Assembly: GCA_905178155.1 (NCBI GenBank)
Contig: CAJINV010000008.1
Span: 2,671,303-2,735,302 of the forward strand
Length of the DNA: 64,000 bases
Direction: 5' to 3'
Source of the DNA: Amoebophrya sp. A120
Lineage: Eukaryota > Protista > Dinoflagellata
Both the position numbers and the translations under genes were made by a program. Below are positions 38,519 through 51,100 of the stretch, piece after piece. The notes beneath the pieces are model-generated. The model was not told the origin of the DNA. It searched no databases and saw only the letters and a program-made list of their open reading frames with translations. Numbering within the stretch: the stretch's first letter is position 1; every line of letters starts with the position of its first letter.

Positions 38519-41113
38519 GGCCGATCCGGGTTTTGGTTTCAGAAAAACTTGTTTCCACCTTGGCGGCAGCCACAATCAAATATATGAGAGCTTATTCTCG
38601 CTATAAAACTATTGATTCATCAAAGTTCGCTAGACAGATTCCACCTTCCTTCGTTCGCTATACTAGGGATTAACCGTGTGAGTGTACGTCTTCTGCCCAC
38701 AGTAAAGTTGAGCACCTCAGGATTTCGTTTGCGGGTATTCGTTTTCGTTTCTCAAGGAGGAACGTAGAAGTAATGTAAATCGGCACTAGTGTGTGACTAG
38801 CTTTAGAATTGCTTACTCTTGCTTTGGTCGCTGGAAGATGGAGGTGCAGATGATGGCAAAGAAAAGCTACTATCGAGCGATGAAAGTCACTGCACCTAAC
38901 TGTTGAGAATCTTCAAAATCTAGATATGAAAGAACTGTCGTTAGACTATAGGTACTTAAGTAAGGATCAGCTTCGCTTGTTCCGTGTCGACTTCATCTCT
39001 GGCACCTGATTACAATGTAATTATTCGTCCGATTATACGCGGTTTTCAATTCCAGAGGGATCTTTTTTAATATGTGCCGGTGGAGTCGCGGCATTAACGA
39101 TTGAAGTACCTTGTAATTGCTTCCACCTGTTGAATCTATATAGGACACCCGTGAAGGAGGTGGCATGGTATCGATCTTCCGTGCGAAAGAAACATAAATG
39201 CCGCAGCACAGTGAGAAAAGAGCCGGGCGCGCATTCTGCGGTAATGTTGAGGCTATTGGTGCCGCGGCATCACGACATAAGTAGGTGGCCATGAAGGCTT
39301 CGCGAACGCGCGATGTCGAACACAGTTTCTCCTGCGTCTTTTTCCGCTTTTGCGGCCGGGTCGCCGTTATTTTCTGCGAAAATTATAACAGTGAAATTTG
39401 GATTTTTGGTAGTTGCAAGTCAGGTGTTGTGACGAAACGTCAGGAACACCGGTCGAGTTTTTTCTGTCCACTTGCACGGTAACCCACATGTAGTTCGAGC
39501 ACCACCGTCCCTGCACCTGATGTAGATATAGTGGGCTCGCAGGTAGCAGAGGCTTGAGGCAGGCAGCCCTGATTATCTGATCGGATGCTCACTTAATCAT
39601 AGGATCGGTCGTGAGCATGTTGGTCCAGCATCGTGCCTTGTAGGAGTCGTTGATTTTTCTATGCTGAACTCGACGCCTCCCTCTGGCATCCTCAGATAAG
39701 CACGGCGGCGCAACCGGCGGAATCTTCAGAAAGGTGTAAGTACGTAGCTTTGGGCATCTGCTGATACACGGCGCGCCTTGTCAGGCAGATACGCGCGACG
39801 CTATCACCTAGGATTTTCAAATACCTGGTGATAGGCCGCCGAGCTGTCGAGAAGACAAAGCTGGTCGACAAGAAGTAGAAGGTCCGTTCAAAAAAAGCAC
39901 AACATGCAAAACATTCTGTCATTAGATGAGTAGAGGTGGCACGTTTTCAATATTATATATCGGGATGGCTCTGCACGTGCACCTCTGCAGCTTGGCTTTC
40001 TTACGTAGAAGAATGCGTATTGGTAAAGTACTACTGCACCTCCCAGAAGCTGCGCGACACGACAGCGCAGAACCGTCCGCTCGTAAAAATAGCCTCGTTG
40101 TGCACGATACGGAGGTTGTTTTGTACACTCAAGGACCACTGGAAAATGGTAATCTTTATCTTTCATCCAAATACACCTGCAATGTGAAGATCCTGTACTT
40201 TTTCTGATAGAAGTTGTAGTACTAGCGGGCGACAGCACAGTGTAAATATCATATACAGCAGGCAAAGAAGTGGTGCTACATGTCGTATGTGTTGATGTTC
40301 GACGAAACCATGATTCCAACTAAAGCGTGTGCGAAGTATGGTCTACGAAAGTGGGTTCTTGTAAATTTAATTGATGATATTTTATGTGCTTTCGTCCTTT
40401 ACAGCTAACAGATATCAGCTGCTAGCTGGCTGCAGAGTTAGGTATAGGCTGTTCCTGGAATGGTCGCACTAGCCAAAAACACTCCGCCCGACCAGCAATG
40501 ATAGATCACTCGGTCAGACAGAGTGCTGAGCCCAGTAAAACCTCAAGAACGGAAGAAGCTCGACGGAAAGAGAGGTGAAAAAAATGATCAGTGTTTATTT
40601 GTACAATCAGGTTGTTCTTCAAATCTTCTCGAAGAAGATTTTCCAATGTTCATCGCCTATCATCAAAACTAATCACTGCGTCTGGCCAAACATCACACTG
40701 GTCACTCTCACCCTCATGTCCGGAGCTGGCGCGGACAGGATCAAAGAGCTCCGAGTGTTACGTAACAGTTGTTGCATAATTCCAGCATAATTCGTCACTA
40801 CTGCACAGGGACACGGCTACGAAAGGCTTACGCCCTTGACCGGAATCGGAAAGAGAAAGCAGTGAAATTTTTCATCCTCGGACGCGCCATTTGTTCGAAC
40901 TTATTTATGATTTTGCTCGTCGTATTTTTTGTTCTGTAATTGCGTCGATTCCCCTGCGCTTCCGCTTCCGCCGACCCTTCGCCTTCCAAATAAAGAATGC
41001 TCGTCCCGGCAGATGATGATGAAGTGTGAATAGATACTGAAATCAGTACAGCCTGCTGCTGTATCTCGTCGCTCTACGACTCCCGCCGTCCAAGGACCAT
41101 GACCGCGGTGCCT

Positions 41114-42439
41114 TTACATACCGTAACCGTAGAGGTCGCGGCCCTTTCGCTTTAGTGCGTACACAATATCCAGCGGCTTCACCGTCTTGCGCTTCGCGTG
41201 CTCACAATACCTGCGTTCAGAAGTGAAAATTATATTTTTATTTTCGCTCTTTTTCTTGCTGTCTCGATTACTGGCTGTCCTACCTCTGCATGTCTGCTAA
41301 CGCTGACACAAGGAAAGTCTAAATTATGAGCGCAGCACGGGAGATTCATTGATAAAGGACTCCTCGCATGAGCTCACATGCATCCGCGACACATCGAGTT
41401 CCCAAAAACAACTACATCAAAATTCATCGTTCGTTGTAAATATGTACGTGGTGGCGTCGCGCAGCGTTGATTCCAGAAAGATTCGCAGCTCGGAACGAAT
41501 TTCGTCGTAAATCGGCTTTGAAATTCGCTTGACGCCGCCTCTTCGCGCCAACCGCCGGATGGCCGGCTTGGTAATTCCCGAAAGCGTGCTGTCCTTAATC
41601 TGCGAGATACGGTTCTTGCCTGGTAAGATTTTGTTTTGATGCAGGGAATAGATTTCTGATCAGCTTCCGCACAGCAGGAGAGAAAACAATCCAAATTTTC
41701 ATTCTATGCTTAAAGTATTTTTAGTCTTCTCATCTTGACATGCATAGTCAAATTCCAAGAAACGAGTCGAATCAAATTCATGTTGAAAATGCAGTCCTCT
41801 TTCGGCTCTGTTTGTGACAAGTACCCATGTTTTTCTTTTCCAGCAAATGACCACCGGATTTCTTCGCTTTGTTCATCACGGAATATTTGTCACCACCCTT
41901 CTTTTCTTCGATTCCGATTACGAACCCGCCCGCAAATTGGTTGTTTTGATTATCTGGTACAGATTTTTTTTTGCAAAAAATGGCATTTCCTCACACAGAA
42001 GAAACCGCTTCGACAAAAACGCAAAATCCGAGCGCTGTTGCCGAAGCCTTCGTCTACTACATCATACAAAAGTGAGATAAAGGAAAACAACATGACGAAG
42101 ATAATTATGCACAGCACAATAGGCATTTGATGTATCGAAGCAAGAAACCGAAAATGTAAATGGTAAACAAGTACTGCCGAATTTGTATCCCGCCCATGCT
42201 GTCTTTTGTGCTTTCTTCTTTTCCCCCACCATATCGCCGGCTTTGTCCCCCATTTTCAACTTCCACTCGCTCGCCTTGCTCAGCTTCTTGTCGTCCTCAA
42301 ATTTCTTCGCCCAATCTGGACCTTCGTCTTTCTTGTCATTGATGTACGACCCATCTTTTTTCGGTGGATAGTTCCCCGGATGAATGTCGTGCTGCTGCAC
42401 AAAGCCGGGGAAACCCAGGTTTTCTTGGTGGCCCTGCAT
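41114..42439 (-). CDS. H4: Histone H4 variant with long N-terminal extension (4 exons: 42439-42178, 41953-41825, 41619-41448, 41210-41114; 219 aa)
   Basis: [75 protein letters not shown]. Introns are GC-AG, GT-AG, GT-AG, all in frame (660 nt total). Confidence 0.88.
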
Positions 42440-43749
42440 CTTGTACGTATACGTTCGCGCGCGATGTTGACTACTGTGATAAACTCCGCTTTTGGATTGC
42501 GATGCTGAAAGTACTTAGAACAATTATTCTTTCCCCAAAGCGCTGCTTTGGTATTGTTGCTGTGTGAAACTAGGTATTAAAATTGCTGTTGTAGTGCTGT
42601 CTAGTAGAACCGTATGAATAAAGAGAGTGAAACTAAATCGAACTTTTAGAGCTACGTCGAGAAACCCTGAGGCTTCTACTGTTATGTACTTAGCTCTCCC
42701 TGGGGTCAAGTTGCAGAAGGTTCTTTAGTTTGGTTGGATGCGCGATTCAGATTGATTGCGTCAGGCAGAACAGACTCTTTTGTCGACATTTTCATTGCGA
42801 CGTCTTCGTCGTGCATGACTGCTTCGTATACGTATTCCGGACTCGCCGCGGATCTTCACGCGTATATTCCTTTGGCACTATGACTGACACTATCGCTAAT
42901 ATCGAGTAGATCCAATATTTAGCTTCAGTAGTTCTGCAACTCATTTTGATGTGATCGTGGTTTTCACACCGCTACAAGGCAAGAATCGGGTGAACTTGAG
43001 GACGCTCGTTGGATCGCATTTCAAAATTCGAGTTCCTCTTTTAATTATCGACATGTAGCGAACAATTTCATCCGGAGCAATGAACCCGTATTTTGGCGGT
43101 TTCTTGTGTCACGCGTGTGTCATCAGAAAAAATTTTCGTTTTGGAACTGCGAACTTCGAGGCTGTATATCAACAAGACTTTGCCTGGCGGACCAGGTCTA
43201 GTTCTTTCTGAGGGTTCTGTCTGCTGCAGGTTGTCGCTGTCCCCGCTTCATGCCAGTGACATGACACGTCCTTGGTAAAGACTGAGTGTGTTGACTCATT
43301 CCTGCTAGAAAGGCTATTTCCGCAGGAGAACGTCGACAAAGCGTAGACCATACATGCATCAGTGCAAGGATATTGCACATGATGACGTGAGTCTGCTATA
43401 GTGTACGAAAAGTAAAAACAGAAATGAAAAACTACAAATACGCGTGAAAGACGTGTATGCTTACGATATGTAACATGAAGTCAAATTCTATCTAAAAATA
43501 GGCCGAGGCTGTTGAGGGCTACTCAAAATCTTAGCTGTTAGTAGAAAACTGACGCCTCCCCTCTTTGTCACTTTTGCAGGCTATGCAAGACAGCTCCATG
43601 TGGATCATAGGGACGCAGTGGGAATAGCTTTTTGTCTTTGGTAGGAAGAGAAACAGGTTTTAAACAAAAACAATTTCTTCATCAATGATGTGGGGCGGCG
43701 CTTGCTCTCCCCTGCTGGAAGAGGACAGAAACGAATCTGCTCCACTCTT

Positions 43750-46700
43750 TTAAGCCTTTTCAAACTCCAGACTTTCAAGCCTGCTGGCGCCTCCGCCCTT
43801 CAGAAAAAAAGAGAGCTCCATGGACAGCTCTTCTACGGAGTACCGTCCCGAGCGCTCGGCTTCCGATAAGCAGCAAACCCACTCCGCGTAACTGACCTTG
43901 TTGTCGCCGTCTGCGTCAAACCGGTCGAGCAGCTCTTCAATCAAAAATTTCTTTGTTTGGTTGGCTACGTGCGGCTTGTATCCAGTGTAAAAACGTACGA
44001 CCCGGGACCTAGTACCCATATTCATCCTGCACAGCCGCACAACTCGCAGAAAGCTTAGTTGTGTCTCTATTGTTGCGCTTCGCAGTGAAAAGAAACATTT
44101 TGATTGCATATGGTCTTTTGAACTAGATTTGCATGCAATTCTGAAATCCTGACAATGCAGAGTCCTGCCTTTTAATGGAGGATGTTGAATCATGCTTCGC
44201 TAATCTATCACCACGAAGCTAGTCCGCGCCTATTGATCTTGTGAACATGCGAAATAAAGTCCCGCACAGCTACTTGATTTGCGCACTTCAAATGAGATCA
44301 CGTCTTGATTTTAGGGGGGCCACATGGGTGTCGATTTTTACAAAGGATAGCTTGTACATCTTCTCCAGTTCCTGCCGGTTTACGAACCCGCTGCCGTCCC
44401 GGTCCATCGTGTCGAACACTTTGTCGATCTTCGCCTTCCAGGCCTGTTGTAGTAACGAGTAACGATGGCATGATGATGGAAAGAAACAGTGAACTTTTTC
44501 GCCGTTCCTCACCCCATGCACAGAACTTCAACAAGCGGTGCGAATCTATAGCTTTTTTCTGTCTGCTAATTTCTTACAGAAAAAAATCTGTTTATTGCGT
44601 ACCTTTCGATAAATCTCTGGGCCGTTGATTTCGTCGACCTTATTTGCGATCTCCTTAGCTAGAACCTGGATACTCTGCATGCTGTCCGGGGCCAGGATCT
44701 GGTCTGCGGGAATCACGGCTCCCGTATTTTGCTTCCGCACCTCCGCCGCCAGTTGCGAGAAAAGCCCAATCAAATGCGGGCTAACTACCACGCCGGGCTT
44801 GCCTGTTGGGAGATAAAAATCACAGTGCGTTTGACAGTGAATAATATGGTCATTGTGGGGCAGTGCGACATCGGACGTCGATTTTTTCACTTTTCTACTA
44901 AGTAATCAGAATCAAAAAAGTCGAAGATAGAACTAGAGCGAAGCAACCAACATCGGTGGAAAACAGAAAAGGGCACGCAGCGAAACAAAGGACACGGAGT
45001 AGTCGAAAGTTAGTAGATACTCAATATGCACAGCGTGGACCATGCTTTTATATATACCGTTTTGGTTATGGTTTCTCGGATCCCCGATCTCCATCGCGAT
45101 TCGCTGTATCAGCTTGAGCACGTTGCTGAAGACAATCCCGGTGCGCTTCTTGAGCAAGCGGGTGCAGCAGACCTTGCAAATGAGCGCCACGATGAGCATG
45201 TCCAGGTTGTTGTTTTTCTTCGCCAGCAGCCGCATCGAGTCCGCCAGCTGTCGGAGCTTTTGCACCTGTTTCAGCGTGATCCCCACGTCGAATTCGGGCT
45301 GCAGCGCGTCCTTGCAGAGCGCGCCCGCCAGCTTCGCGACCGTGGGCTCCAGCTCCTTCGTCATGCCCGGCAGCGTGAGCCCGGGGCCGAGGAAGAACTC
45401 CGCGACGGTTTTCAAAAGCGGAAAGATGTCCTTGTCCTTCCGCACCAAATTGGCGTCCTCCTCCCACCAATTCTGGTTCTGCAGCTGCTCCATCTGCTTC
45501 ACCTGGTTCTCGATCTTCGACGCCCCCGTGAATTGCTCCCGCATCTTCTGCTTGACGTTCTCCAGCTCCTCCTCTCTGCCCAGGCCGAAAAACTTCTTCG
45601 CAATCTCCACGTTGGAAATCAAGTCCTCCGGCTGCAGGGGCTTCTCCTCCTTCCGCGGCTGCGACCCCTGCTTTTTGGTTGTCGTTGTGCTTCCTCCTGG
45701 TGTCGGCCCCAGCCCCAGTGCCTGCGCCGCGGCCTTCTTCGCGCTCTGCTCGTCGGTGGCCTGCAGGAGCGTGGGGTTCAGCTTCACCTGCTTCAGCTGC
45801 TTCACGTTCCGTTCCGTCAGCTTCCCCGTCGGGCTGCCCTTCTGTAATTTTCCCACCATCTGCGCCGCGGTCGCCAGCGTCGGCAGCAGCTTCTTGCCCT
45901 TGGCCCGCATCAGCGCCGGGCCGACGTCCGCGTCACGGCGGTTCGCCCGTTGGTGCGCCCCCGCGCCGCCGCTTCCCAGGTCGGTGATCTGGGGGCCCCG
46001 CCACGCGTTGTTCGCGATCGACAAAGGGTTGTTGGTGCCCACGGCCTCCAGCTGGCTCCGCATGGAGGCCAGCTGCGACATGCCGTGGTCCAGGAAGTGC
46101 CACTTCCGCTGCGTGATCTCGTCGGTGGACAGCTGGTGGTAGAACGTCACGCAGAGTTTCGGGGAGGTGCGCACCGACCGCATTTTCGGGAAGTCCACGC
46201 CGAACTGCGGGAGGTAGACCGCGTGGGTCTGCGGGGGGTCCTTGGCCAGGTCGCGGCCCACCTGGTGCAGCGGACACACGGCCGCCACCTGCACCGGGGG
46301 CATGGGGCCCGACATGTCGTGGCCCAGCCCGATCCGCTCCGCCTCCGCTAGCTTGGAGCTCTCCGTGCACATCTTCTGCAGCTGGTGCTTCAGGTGCTCC
46401 TGGTCCCGCATGGAGTCCAGCGTGTTGCGGGCCAGCGGGTTCTCGAAGTTCTCGGACCCGTCCAGGCAGAACCGGGTGGCCATGATGCTCCGCTTGCTGG
46501 ACGGGAAGGACCGGAGCCGCGGCGGCGGCGGGTTCGGGTCGTTGTCGTCCAGCACCTCGACGGTGGTGGGCTTCTGGTGCACCAACTCGTCCACGCTCCA
46601 GTGCAGCGGCGGCTGGCGCTGCGCGTCGATGCCGCGGTTCGGGCTCATGCCCCCCGTGTACGCGGAGCTGTCCACGTCCGGGTAGTACTCCTTCGCGGGC

Positions 46701-46792
46701 AGGGAGGGCGTCTTCGGCATCTTGCGCATGGCGTCCTCCACCTGCACGCGCGTCACGGACACGCCCGACAAACCGCACACACTGATCGCCAT
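43750..46792 (-). CDS. Large protein with C-terminal EF-hand pair, multi-exon
   Basis: GC-rich 619-aa ORF plus exons with FDTMDRDGSGFVNRQEL and FDADGDNKVSYAEW. Confidence 0.75.
43979..44349. mobile_element. TIR introner, TSD GCTTG, between the EF-hands
   Basis: GCTTG at 43974-43978 and 44350-44354; TATCCAGTGTAAAAA / TTTTTACAAAGGATA; removal gives EKMYK-PHVANQ. Confidence 0.88.
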
Positions 46793-48167
46793 CCTTTTTC
46801 AAAGGATAACTTTGCTGTGACGAGAACGAGAAGGATTTAACCGGAAAAAATTTTTTTGGGGAAGAAAGCGCAAGGAGGATATCCTTCTTTTCTTTTGAGT
46901 GGAACAGGCTTCGAATCTTTTACTTCTTGACCATACGGGCGCAAAGAATAAACAGGGGATGCCTGCAGATACATAATACCTTGATCCTGTTGATGTGTGA
47001 AATCAACGAACTGCTAGATAGTCATAAACTGCGCATGGCAACTAACCTTGGTTCTTTCCAGTATAAACACAAAAAGGCACAGGATGAACGAAAAACCGAA
47101 GTAGCTATAGACCATAGCTCGAAAATTAAAATAGAAACACGACACCGAGCGCCGAAATAAAAAACTTTGTATGCTTCACCACAGCAAGCACGAGCTGAGT
47201 CTTAGAACCAAGAACGACAAGAAACAAAAACACGAACCAAAAACCGACATTGCTCACGCAGAAAACCATTTCAACATTTGCTCGGAATTCATTGCAGAAA
47301 AGGACAATCTTCACGAAAGCTGCACGGAAAACACCACAGACGTGGCAATGACGACACTTTGTGTTTTTGAACGACTCTGAAAAAACGACGGAGCACCGAT
47401 CACGTGCGATCTTTCTATATTTCATTCGGACAAAAAAAAAAATGGTCGTGAACGTGAAGAGGAGAAGACGACGCCCATGTAAATTAATATAAAACCACGC
47501 CGGTCCAAATTGGAAAATCTTAGAGAGAAGTTTCCAAGAAACACGGGCGCGAGGAGCGAAGCAAGACAACCAAGATGAAAAAGGCAGCGAGTTATTGCCT
47601 CAATTAAAATGGTCACACATCAGTTGATATACCAAACGTTCCGGCCAATGCTACCAGATCGCGTTCTTCTTCTTTCCGTAACATAAATTTTGTTCTTCTT
47701 CTCTTCTTTGCGAGTGAGTGAATGAATAAAAGTTTGGCGTATCTTATCAGAATACTAGATTTGGATTTCGAAATGCGAAGTGCACTGAATGATGAATTCT
47801 GAACGGCGCTCGTTCTTACAGAGTGTTCTTACACTTTTCGAAAAAAGTTGGGTTTTATCGCACCTACAGGCAGGGGAGCAGAAGCGAAACTCCGGGTCGA
47901 CGATACAACGGGAGGTGGTGGTGGGACGATACTTTCTTGCTTCTTACATCAGGTTCGGGAGTACATTGGGGATGACGGGGGCGCGTATGTGAAGTGGAGT
48001 GAAAAATGTCCAAAAATCCAGTGTTGGTACAACCGGATCAGGCTCTCACCAAGCACACGAAAAACAAGATGGTTGAGTTTTTACATGAAAGCAACTTTAG
48101 CAGGTGAATTTGAACTTTTCGGATTCCAATGGTTTTTGTATGTTGTCCGCGAGGAAGGCACAACGAA

Positions 48168-51100
48168 TTATTTCTTCCCCTTGGGGCTCTTTGCTTTTTC
48201 GGCCGCCTCGGCCTCTTCGGCGATCTGGATCTTCATCTCGGTTTCGAACGACCTGTACTTGGCCTGCATGGCTTCGATTTTCAACGCCAGAATCTCCTCG
48301 TGCGACTTCGTTGCGGCCTCCTCTTCCTGCACCACCCCCTCCTGCTTCTGCAGTTCTTCGGCCAGGTCCCCGAGCACCTGTTTTCGCTTGTCGAAGTAGA
48401 CCACCGCGGCCTCCTCCCGCTGCAAAAACTGCTCCATCATCTGCGCTATGGATCACAAATTTGTGCATCGTAGTTGTACACACGAGTTGGCGTAGAAAAT
48501 TGAGCATGCTGCGCTAAGTACTTACTTTACTCTACGTCTTGGGCTTCTTATAAATATTCACTTCTGGTCTTGCAGCCGTCATCTTCCACTAACAGATTGA
48601 CCTTCGCATTACAGCTTTTTGCTAGTACAAGAAATTCTTTACATCTTTTACCCGGGCGAGACTGCATTTCGCTCATGAGCAGGCAGCTCGTTTCGCGCAA
48701 TGAAACAGACACGCAACTGCAGTACCGCGCAGGAAATAAAGGCAGACCGAAGATACTGAGCGAGACAGTCTAGTTTGCATTATCCAACGAGTACTTCTGT
48801 GCCTCGTATGACGATGCTTTTGACACTAGTCCCCCAGAGCATAACAACCTCCTTGCTGCTACTGCGGACGAGATTCTTTGGCAGCTGCATTACGTGCAGG
48901 TGCCCATCAGCGTCGCCCACAGCTAGCATATCCTTCGTCTCCGCCTGATTCAACGTTTTTGCAATTTTATTTCTCATTTCTCATCAAATTCATAGAAGTC
49001 CATTTTGTACTACTGGCGAAGCGACACGCACATACATCACTATCTCAAGTAGGACTTCTACTCGCCAAGTTGTATGTAAAGATCCTAACCAGAGCCGTAC
49101 CTCGGGGTGGAAGCACATGCTCGATATCGCGCTGGAGCTGACGCTGAAGGCGAGGCTGGCCTTGTGACTCTGGTCGCTGAAGTCCCACACCTCCACGAAC
49201 CCGTCCATTCTACCGAGGTATACGACAGAACTCCTTGTTGGGGACCAGCACCCGCAGGTGAAATACGCGGACGGAGAGAGTGGCGAAGAAAATCGTCACG
49301 ACTGAAACGGTATGGATTGCAAAAATGTCTGGGTCTGGAAACTTGTAATGCTAAAATGTGCAAGAGGAAAACACTTCCTTATGCAGAAAACCATGACAAG
49401 TTTGCAGAACGCTTTCCCATCCGAAGTCCGCATGAGAAACTGCGTTTTTGTATGACATGAGAGGCTACCATTTTTGTTGGTTACGCAATACAGATTTCAC
49501 AGGAGTGCAAGACCAGCATGACAAGTTACATCCTTCCAGACCCAGACATTTTTGCAATCCATAAACGGAAGCGAAGTGGTGGCTGCCAATACTATTCTTT
49601 CAGCACAGATATCTGGTGTGGGCTCATGTCCCGGCGCTTGTACTAGAAATGGGATTGCGCAGCAGCTTTGCTACCAAAGATTACAAACACAGTGTTGTAC
49701 TGCTGTCTTGGTCACCGTGTGCGAGTCTATGAAGTCATTCACTAATTCATCGTGCGAGGAGACTCGCGGGTTACTTCATGGCAAGGAGTTTCGCTTCCGT
49801 TCAAATGGTGCGCGGTTGCAGCTCATGTGCGTACTGATGGTGATGCGAAGACCGTTAGTGTGTCGTTCCATATGTAAAAGCTCCAGTCGCACACACCTGT
49901 AATTTTAGAGGACTCCGCTTTACGAAGTTATGAGACGAAATGCACATGAAAAAGCGCTCGGCACCCCATAATGATAAAAAATTGTTTGTTTGTCTGAGAA
50001 AGCAGCTGAGAAGCACAAGGAAGCAGCAAGTGGTCCGCAAGATACTGATACCGAGCAGCATGTTCGGAAATATGGGGCTCCTCTCCAAGCTTAGCATGGG
50101 TCGGAAGGTCTTGGACACACTGACGAGTTTCTTTACGTACTCGGGCTTACGGTCCTCCTCCCCTCGTGCCGTCCAGTCACCTATCCGGTGCAAAAAAGGG
50201 TCCTGCGAATACTAACGAAATTCTACAAGTACAAGTGGCAACTTTGGATGCTATACAACTGCGAAATAAGTGCTGGGGCTTGCTCGTGCACGACAAACGT
50301 GCATCCGAACGGCGCGAAATGTACTCACCAAGTGAAGATGTTCACCAGGCGGTATCACATGAAATACCTGTAGACTGTCCCTGTCGTGAAGAGGTGCATA
50401 AGACAGGCGACTGCACACGCTGTCGCAAGCGCAACAATACTGACCAGTATAATAATCAAGAATGCTTGTGCTTATAAAGGGTTAGGCGAGCTGCCTATTT
50501 TGCCCGGGATATCGGCGTAGATGAGTTCTCCCTCCTCGGTCGAGGCGTAGAAATTGCCGATGGACGGGTCTCCGACAGGCTGGTCGCAGTACATGACCTC
50601 ACAGCAGCCCATTTCTGTCCCTGAGTCCTGCCTTGAAAGCTGCACGCGATGAACTGAGGTTTCAATAAGGGGCCAACGTGTAGCAAGTCTATTATCAATT
50701 TCATTTTCAGTTCGTTCCAATGCAGCTTGAGAAGAGATGCAGTGCATACTTCGCTCTGATTCAATTGATCTGAAACACAAATTATATCGCCGAAATCACA
50801 TTAAAGGCCCGATTACAAAAAAAACGGAATCGATGCTTCACCTCGTACCTGGCTTCCACTGGAAATCTGTTTCGTTTTCTTCAAACGCCTGCTTTGCTGC
50901 GGCAAAGTCCCAAATGAGAAATTGGCCGTCTCCCGCTATTGTGCACAAATACCTTATAGGCCCGTCCTCCGGACCTTTGTCGCCGGTCTTGGCTGTGCGT
51001 GTGTGTGTTTTTGTTTTTGTTTTGATACGAGAAACGACAGGTGGACAAGCAAGAAGCAAGTATACTAAAGTAGACTTCGAGGAGTAGCATGATGCTTGGA

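Noticed and set aside
45026-46840. Long plus-strand and alternative-frame ORFs (also at 31855-32687 and 24259-24991)
   Set aside because: Antisense or frame shadows of GC3-rich minus-strand exons.
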